Of a DNA stretch of 5,484 nt, positions 1-5,484 are shown piece after piece. The notes beneath the pieces are model-generated. The model ran no database searches, was not told the origin of the DNA, and was given only the letters and a program-made list of their open reading frames with translations. The position numbers and the translations under genes are program-made. The DNA comes from Octopus sinensis. Its lineage: Eukaryota. Position 1 is the stretch's first letter. Each line of letters starts with the position of its first letter. Location of the stretch: positions 1 through 5,484 of the forward strand of contig NW_021830054.1 of assembly GCF_006345805.1 (NCBI RefSeq), read 5' to 3'.

Positions 1-468
1 TAATTGCTATTTTAAAATTTTAACTTATTCTACAAACAATAAATTCATGTTTGGTTGAAAACCTATCCTTTTCCTTTACCTTTTCATTTTTTCTTTTTAT
101 TTAATACATTCGCCATTACGTCCAGAGATATGTATTCCTGTAAGCCGAATATGCCCATCACCTCTCACCATTCCATACGTAAGAATATTACCTGAACGAC
201 ACAAGTAATATGATACTGCTATTATTGTGACTTATCTTCTCGGGGACTCGGCACACGGATCTTGTTATTCTTATGGAGAGGTCGAATATTTTGGGGTCGT
301 AACCGGTTTATGAACACTATCCCAGTCTTTAGATGGCTTTAGTAGAGTCCACTATGTTTCAAACATTTGAATTAAGTCTCTGACGATGGAATTAACCTCT
401 TCCCGCCAGGCCTAGAGCTCCTAGAAGGGAAAATCATCGGCGCTATTTTACTGCCTCCAAAGAAAGTA

Positions 469-668
469 TTTCTAATTTTTGCACAAGGCCAGTAATTTTA
501 GGGGGAAGGAGTAAGTTGATAACATTGACCACAGTAGTCAACTGGCATTTGTTTTATTGCTCCGAAAGGAATGATGACAAGGTTGGCCACGGCGGTTTTT
601 GAACTGAGAACGTAAAAAGCCAGAAGAAACTGCCTCTCAACGGTAACAGTTCTACCAGCTCACCGCCT
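469..668 (-). mobile_element. tRNA-derived SINE, degenerate near-full-length copy (Octopus-type family)
   Basis: Minus strand reads aggcggtgagctggtagaactgttacc...acgttctcagttcaaaaaccgccgtggccaaccttgtcatcattcctttcggagcaataaaacaaatgccagttg...ggccttgtgc: a tRNA-like head with Pol III A/B boxes, followed by a body resembling the CCTTTCATCCTTTCGGGGTCGATAAA-type SINE central domain as I recall it. A second related copy lies in this window (587-616 vs 2976-3005, 21/30 identical, ungapped). The family assignment is from memory. Confidence 0.85.
594..657 (-). promoter_or_regulatory. Degenerate internal Pol III promoter (A box and B box) of the SINE head
   Basis: Minus strand has A-box-like TGGTAGAACTGTTA (657-644) and B-box-like GTTCAAAAACC (604-594) in tRNA-like order and spacing. 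Both deviate from consensus. Confidence 0.55.
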
Positions 669-687
669 CCTCCGAAATTATACTAAA

Positions 688-880
688 TACACACACATTC
701 ACATACATACATACATACATACATACATACATACATACATACATACACACATACATACAGATATACATACATACATACATACATACATACATACATACAT
801 ACATACATGCACACACACATACATACATACATACATACATACATGCACACACACATACATACATACATACATACATACAT
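688..880. repeat. (CATA)n microsatellite with (CA)n interruptions
   Basis: Directly visible tandem CATA units; the interruption catgcacacacacatac occurs twice (about 806 and 842). Confidence 0.98.
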
Positions 881-967
881 ATGTATGTGTGAGTGTGTGT
901 GGCTACACATATGTGTGTATGTATGTATATATGTACGTATGTATGTATGCATGTATGTATGTATGTG
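881..967. repeat. Degenerate (TATG)n/(TG)n tract, opposite polarity to 688-880
   Basis: Directly visible; the polarity switches at 880/881 (acatacat|atgtatgt). Confidence 0.9.
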
Positions 968-1029
968 TAGTATTTAATACATAATGCGGAGTATATATAT
1001 ATATTCATCTTATTAAGAATCAAATACCT

Positions 1030-1068
1030 TACAACTGTTTCAAACGTTTATGTATAGAAACAGTTGTA
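1030..1068. repeat. Perfect 12-bp inverted repeat with 15-nt spacer
   Basis: tacaactgtttc (1030-1041) is the exact reverse complement of gaaacagttgta (1057-1068). Confidence 0.9.
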
Positions 1069-1073
1069 CAGTT

Positions 1074-1336
1074 GTGTGTGTATATATGTGTGTGTGAGTG
1101 AGTGAGGTGAGGTGAGTGGGTGAGTGAGTGAGTGAGTGAGTGAGTGAGTGAGGTGAGGTGAGTGAGTGAGTGAGGTGAGGTGAGTGAGTGATTGAGTGAG
1201 TGAGTAAGTGAGTGAGTGTGTGAGTGAGTAAGTGTGTGTGAGAGTGAGTGAGTGAGTGAGTGAGTGAGTGAGTGAGTGAGTGAGTGAGTGACTGAGTGGA
1301 GTGTGTGAGCGAATGAGTGAGTGAGCGTGTGTGTGT
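1074..1336. repeat. (GTGA)n microsatellite with (TG)n flanks and three (GTGAG)3 interruptions
   Basis: Directly visible; pentamer blocks at 1102-1116, 1148-1162 and 1170-1184. Confidence 0.97.
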
Positions 1337-1399
1337 CCGTATTTCGTATTTGTGAATACTCCATGTAGCTGCATGACATAAGAGAGACTGTAATGATGA

Positions 1400-1481
1400 T
1401 GACAAGAAGCGCAGCTTCCTATAAAACACTGATTCAGGTAAACCGTCCAAGCCATGCCACCATGGAAAAGTAGACATAAAA
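1400..1481 (+). mobile_element. 3'-terminal fragment of a second SINE family (LINE-type stem-loop tail)
   Basis: aaaccgtccaagccatgccaccatggaaaagtagacataaaa resembles the cephalopod SINE tail I recall (ccgtccaacccatgcyagcatggaaarcggacgttaaa). It contains the hairpin ccatg-ccac-catgg (1452-1465). The upstream boundary is uncertain. Confidence 0.6.
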
Positions 1482-1759
1482 TTTTGCAACGTCACTTGGA
1501 GCTAGGATCGATGAAATTTTAAGCTTAAAGTCTATAAAGAGAAAACTTTCCCCTGATACAAAAATCCCCAGTGAAAACCATCCACATTTCAATGACCGCA
1601 ATATGTTAAAAATATATGTACACATCTTTATTTTGATCCTCGCTGCTTCCTGCGCGTATATTGAATTAATTTCAACTTGGGCACGTATCAACACACAACA
1701 ACGAATGTATTGTTTGTTGCTTTGTGTGTGTATATATATAATAGATCAAATGATCGAGG

Positions 1760-1819
1760 CGGGAGTCTGCCACTGAAGAGATGGAATCACGAAGAAACAC
1801 GGTGTCTGGAAGTCTGCTG
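1760..1819 (+). ncRNA. Type-I hammerhead-ribozyme-like motif, degenerate (Penelope/retrozyme type)
   Basis: cca-CTGAAGA(1773-1779)-gat gga atc-acgaa-GAAA(1794-1797)-cacggt-GTC(1804-1806)-tgg. Stem I cca/tgg flanks the core exactly and extends with mismatches to 1760/1819. Stem III acac-g-gtgt is quasi-palindromic. Defect: 5 extra nt between stem II and GAAA. Confidence 0.55.
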
Positions 1820-1985
1820 AAGTCACTTAAAGATCATTAGCTTCATGTGTTTAAACATATAAAAGTTTATAGACAGAAAATACCTGCAGTGAATGCCTCT
1901 CACATTCGAGTGGTAGAAAAACAAGTTGAAAATAAAAGTACGCGTCTTTATTTTGATTCTCGCTACTTATATACATTTTATATTA

Positions 1986-2106
1986 GTGTGTTTGTTTGTG
2001 TATGTGTGTATGTGTGTGTTTGTTTGTGTATGTGTGTATGTATGTGTGTCTACATGTCTATGTATTGTGTAATATATGTATAGGTATATGAGTATGTATG
2101 TATATA
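1986..2106. repeat. Degenerate (TG)n/(TATG)n/(TTTG)n low-complexity tract
   Basis: Directly visible. Confidence 0.9.
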
Positions 2107-2207
2107 ATGTCAAGATTGGCTTAAAGGACGTTTAAAGAACAAAACAGAAAGGAACAGGGTACAGGAAAAAGATATCGGTTTAATGTTTGTACGAGTAGAA
2201 TGTATAT

Positions 2208-2235
2208 GACGTTTTGGAGGTTAAACCTTCTTCAG
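2208..2235 (-). ncRNA. Minimal Penelope-type hammerhead relic, core mutated
   Basis: Minus strand CTGAAGA-a-GG-tttaacct-CC-aAAAC-GTC matches the CTGAAGAAGG...CCGAAACGTC pattern with one G>A change (CpG-decay type). Stem I is essentially absent. Confidence 0.4.
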
Positions 2236-2402
2236 AAAGAAAAGAAAAGAAAATGGAAGCATAGGAAGAGGGAGAGAGGGTATCTGGATAGATATTTATG
2301 ATAACAATAACCATATTGAGACGAGGAAAGGCAGGGTTAATAACCTGGGGGAAGGCCAATCTATGGAGCAGAGTCAAGAAGAGAGATTGGACGGGTACGT
2401 AG

Positions 2403-2458
2403 TATATATACACACACACACATATATATAGAAAGACATACATACATACATACATACA

Positions 2459-2490
<32 letters not shown>

Positions 2491-2694
2491 CGTATGTGTG
2501 TACGCGTTCGTATGTGTATACCTGTGTATGTATATATATATGTGTGTGTGTGTGAGTACATGCGTATAACATTTATATGTATATGAATATATATGCATGT
2601 ATATATGGATGTATATATATATATGCATGCATGCATGCATACATACATACATACGTACATACATACATACATACATACATACATTCATACATGT
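2403..2694. repeat. Compound (TA)n/(CA)n/(CATA)n/(TG)n/(ATGC)n microsatellite block with internal inverted symmetry
   Basis: (CATA)n at 2437-2488 and about 2638-2692, (TG)n at 2541-2554, (ATGC)n at 2623-2640; 2411-2430 is the reverse complement of 2533-2552. Confidence 0.95.
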
Positions 2695-2725
2695 AAATGC
2701 GTGTAAAGAAATAAAAAAGAAAGAA

Positions 2726-2881
2726 GAATGATGAATTAATGAATTGATGAATTAATGAATGAATGAATGAAAAAGAAGAAAGAAAGAAAGAAGAAAGAAG
2801 CAATAAAGCAAGAAGAAAGCAAGAAAGAAAGAAGAAGCAAGCAAGAAAGAAAGAAAAAGAAAAAGAAAGACAAGAAAGCAA

Positions 2882-2930
<49 letters not shown>
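2726..2930. repeat. (GAAT)n grading into a polypurine (GAAA)n/(GCAA) tract
   Basis: GAAT-like units at 2726-2770, purine-rich 2771-2930, pure (GAAA)n at 2885-2930. Confidence 0.96.
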
Positions 2931-2931
<1 letters not shown>

Positions 2932-3070
2932 TATCTCTTTTTACCCGGAAGAGACGAAAATGGTGGGAGTTAAGACCTTGGCAGAAATTGAACACAGAAT
3001 GTAAAGGAATCGAACAAATTATAACAAAGTGTTTAGTCCGGCAATACCGTTTCAGTCAATCGACCACCCT
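2931..3070 (-). mobile_element. Second, more diverged and 3'-truncated copy of the tRNA-derived SINE family seen at 469-668
   Basis: ccttggcagaaattgaacacagaatgtaaa (2976-3005) aligns ungapped with ccacggcggtttttgaactgagaacgtaaa (587-616) at 21/30. It has a B-box-like GTTCAATTTC on the minus strand, and its head end (accaccctc) resembles accgcctc of copy 1. Confidence 0.7.
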
Positions 3071-3416
3071 CACAATTCTAAAGCTCAATTTGCCGTAGAG
3101 ACGCAGTTATAGCCAATAAAATCGATATAAATATTCGGTCACAGAATATTTTTGTCGAATATTTTAGTGGTAAGCCCAAACAGGAATTGAATTTTAGAAG
3201 AGAGAAAGAAAGAGATATGGGGGTGGGGAGAGGTGTATATTATTAACAGAATCGTTTCAGAGTGGGTGTTTAGTTAGAGCTGCTTTTATGTAGTGAGTTC
3301 GAATTGTACAGCCGTGAACTTTGACGTCCATCATTCCGAGATCGATAAAATAATAGGGGGCGATTTATAATAATATAATGCATTTTAAATGTGAATGGAA
3401 TCATAATATGAGAAGA

Positions 3417-3515
3417 AAGAAGAATGCGGTACTTGGCTGATATTTCTTTAACGATAATAGAAGCATGATGGTGGAGGCTATCCCAAGCAAGATCAGATCC
3501 CAGAACTCGAAGCAG
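3417..3515 (-). mobile_element. Possible degenerate non-LTR retrotransposon (CR1/L2/Jockey-group) ORF2 fragment, C-terminal RT region
   Basis: The translation LLRVLGSDLAWDSLHHHASIIVKEISAKYRILL resembles the LG(V)xxxxxL(S/T)WxxHxxxIxKKxxxxLxxL motif after the RT core, with small indels. Recognised by eye only. Confidence 0.4.
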
Positions 3516-3652
3516 CATAATTTTGTCAGGAACTCTACTGGTGTAGCTGTCTATATCTCTCCCAATGTGCAAAAAAAATTTGACTCAAAAGTACAGCACC
3601 ACACACACACACACGTGCACATACAGATGTAAATCAACGATAGAGCTTCAAT

Positions 3653-3865
3653 GTGGTCATTTACTCTGCTAGAAAAAAAAAAGCTGTCAAACCTTACCCG
3701 TTTGAAAATTTGAACGATGCAATGAATAAAGTAGTCAGAGATGTACTGTCAGAGAAAGCGAAAACAAAACAAGAAAAAAACATGGATCACGGCTGGACTG
3801 TTTTGATCAGAACAACTCGATCAGAAACAGCCTTGGGCCAAACAACATTGACAATTCATATATAA
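3653..3865 (+). mobile_element. Possible decayed N-terminus of a pogo/Tigger-like transposase (pipsqueak-type HTH)
   Basis: VIYSARKKKAVKPYPFENLNDAMNKVVRDVLSEKA resembles the basic leader plus YxxExLxxAxxxVxxxxLSxxxA first helices of HTH_psq. The recognition helix (GIPxSTL) is missing and there is no in-frame ATG at the start. Confidence 0.27.
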
Positions 3866-4334
3866 GCAATAAAACTCGATAAATGCTTGCAAAAATATAA
3901 ACGTTAACCTTAAAACGAATGCACAGTGCATGCTTTTGAGTGCGTGTGTGTATTTGTATGTCCTCTCTAGTCTGTGCTTGATTTTGTGTGTGTCTGTTGC
4001 AAGCTAATTCAAAACCTTTCCTGATGCAACCACACAGCGAGTAACCAGTTCTATCGATCGATCCTTCATAAATTAATATAAATTTGAATATATATACATA
4101 TTCATCTAAGTGCGTGTCTGTTTGCGTGAGTGAGATTCAGCCACGTATTTCTGTGCATGTTTTTCGTGCATTTACACACACACGCGCACACGCGATGGGT
4201 GGGTGGGCGAGTGTTTGGTGGACTGCGAAATGCACATACAGACATACAGAAACATACGTCTGTATCGATTTGTGTGTATGTATGTATGTGTATGTGTGGG
4301 TGGCTGTATGTATTTGTGAGTAGCTGTGTAAGGT

Positions 4335-4584
<250 letters not shown>

Positions 4585-4788
4585 CATACACTAATATATG
4601 TGTGTATGTTTATATATGAATATATAAACACATATATGCATACACGCACACACATACACACAACACAAACTCGGAGAAAGATTGACAGACGAACAGACAG
4701 ATCAAGAAGAACATCAGATATAGACCAAGGGACAGACAGAATAACCCGATGATAGCAACCTAGCCAGCTAGTGAGCGAGTGAGTGGGC

Positions 4789-4985
<197 letters not shown>

Positions 4986-5298
4986 TTTGACAAAAAGGCA
5001 GACGGGTAGATAGAAAGGACTGGGCCACTTACCTATGGCTGTCAAATGTTGAATATTTTGTCCAGGGTGTATCTCACAAAAACTTAGGACTTTTTTATAA
5101 TTATATCCGTGGTGTGTAAAATGTATTATAAATACGATTGTTGATTAATATTAAATTTCCTCTTTCGCATCGAAATATTTGCTTGCTTTCTCTGTAGGGT
5201 GGGATGTTTTTTTTCCTTTCCTTTACAAATCTTGTATTTCTGCTTCTGTTTTATAAAAAAAATCCTATTTTGATTGTGTGGGGTTTTTTTCTCACGTT

Positions 5299-5332
5299 TA
5301 CACACATATATATATATATATGTATATATATA
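5299..5332. repeat. Short (CA)n(TA)n microsatellite
   Basis: Directly visible. Confidence 0.9.
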
Positions 5333-5339
5333 ATGTTTT

Positions 5340-5411
5340 CCCGTGAGATATGTTTCGTTTAGCTGTCGTTTTCCTGATATGTTATCGAAATAAAGCCAGT
5401 CTTCAGACGGA
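5340..5411 (-). ncRNA. Type-I hammerhead-ribozyme-like motif, degenerate
   Basis: Minus strand: tccgt-CTGAAGA(5406-5400)-c-tggct...agcta-aac-GAAAC(5356-5352)-atat-CTC(5347-5345)-acggg. A 5-bp stem I (one G-U pair) flanks the core exactly. Stem III would be the palindrome ACATATGT with a single C>G correction. The stem II junction is imperfect. Confidence 0.45.
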
Positions 5412-5484
5412 GACCTTCCATAGCAAATGTGTATATTAGCAGCCGGATTTTCTTTCCTTTCTCTTTTTCTTTCTTTCTAAAATG

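Noticed and set aside
594-668. Possible tRNA gene
   Set aside because: A/B boxes are present but I could not build a cloverleaf, and the sequence continues into a SINE body.
652-1495. Minus-strand ORFs of 89-151 aa (MYVC and HSLT repeats)
   Set aside because: They are translations of (TATG)n and (TCAC)n microsatellites, which lack stop codons in several frames; there is no protein signal.
1434-2083. ORFs 1434-1694 (-) and 1847-2083 (+)
   Set aside because: They are short, have non-ATG starts, show no recognisable domain, and run into SINE or microsatellite sequence.
2225-2400. Stop-free + frame (..DNNNHIETRKGRVNNLGEGQSMEQSQEERLDG) ending near a gg|gtacgt donor-like site
   Set aside because: No polypyrimidine acceptor upstream (the flank is purine-rich) and no recognisable protein similarity.
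2180-3098. ORFs with MYVC, SFFL or KKER repeats, including the Lys/Glu/Arg-rich 2763-3098 ORF
   Set aside because: They are products of (CATA)n and (GAAA)n tracts; the non-repetitive tail of 2763-3098 is antisense SINE sequence.
5178-5200. Acceptor-like tttgcttgctttctctgtag on the + strand
   Set aside because: It is followed by T-rich low-complexity sequence with no coding character or convincing donor.

Overview
AT-rich, microsatellite-saturated eukaryotic non-coding DNA (intron or intergenic); no intact protein-coding gene is supportable. The repeat types ((CATA)n, (GTGA)n, (GAAA)n, (GATA)n/(GACA)n) and the SINE-like sequences match my recollection of cephalopod (Octopus-type) genomes; this is an inference, not a search result. 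Most of the listed ORFs are translations of simple repeats. Between the microsatellites are mobile-element relics: two minus-strand copies of one tRNA-derived SINE family (469-668, 2931-3070), the 3' tail of another SINE (about 1400-1481), a possible LINE reverse-transcriptase fragment (3417-3515) and a possible pogo-like HTH fragment (3653-3865). The most interesting signal is a set of degenerate type-I hammerhead-ribozyme-like motifs with palindromic stem III (1760-1819 +, 5340-5411 -, 2208-2235 -, plus half-motifs at 1030-1068 and 380-425). This architecture is known from Penelope-like elements and retrozymes. Each motif has at least one defect, so they are probably relics, and activity is unproven.
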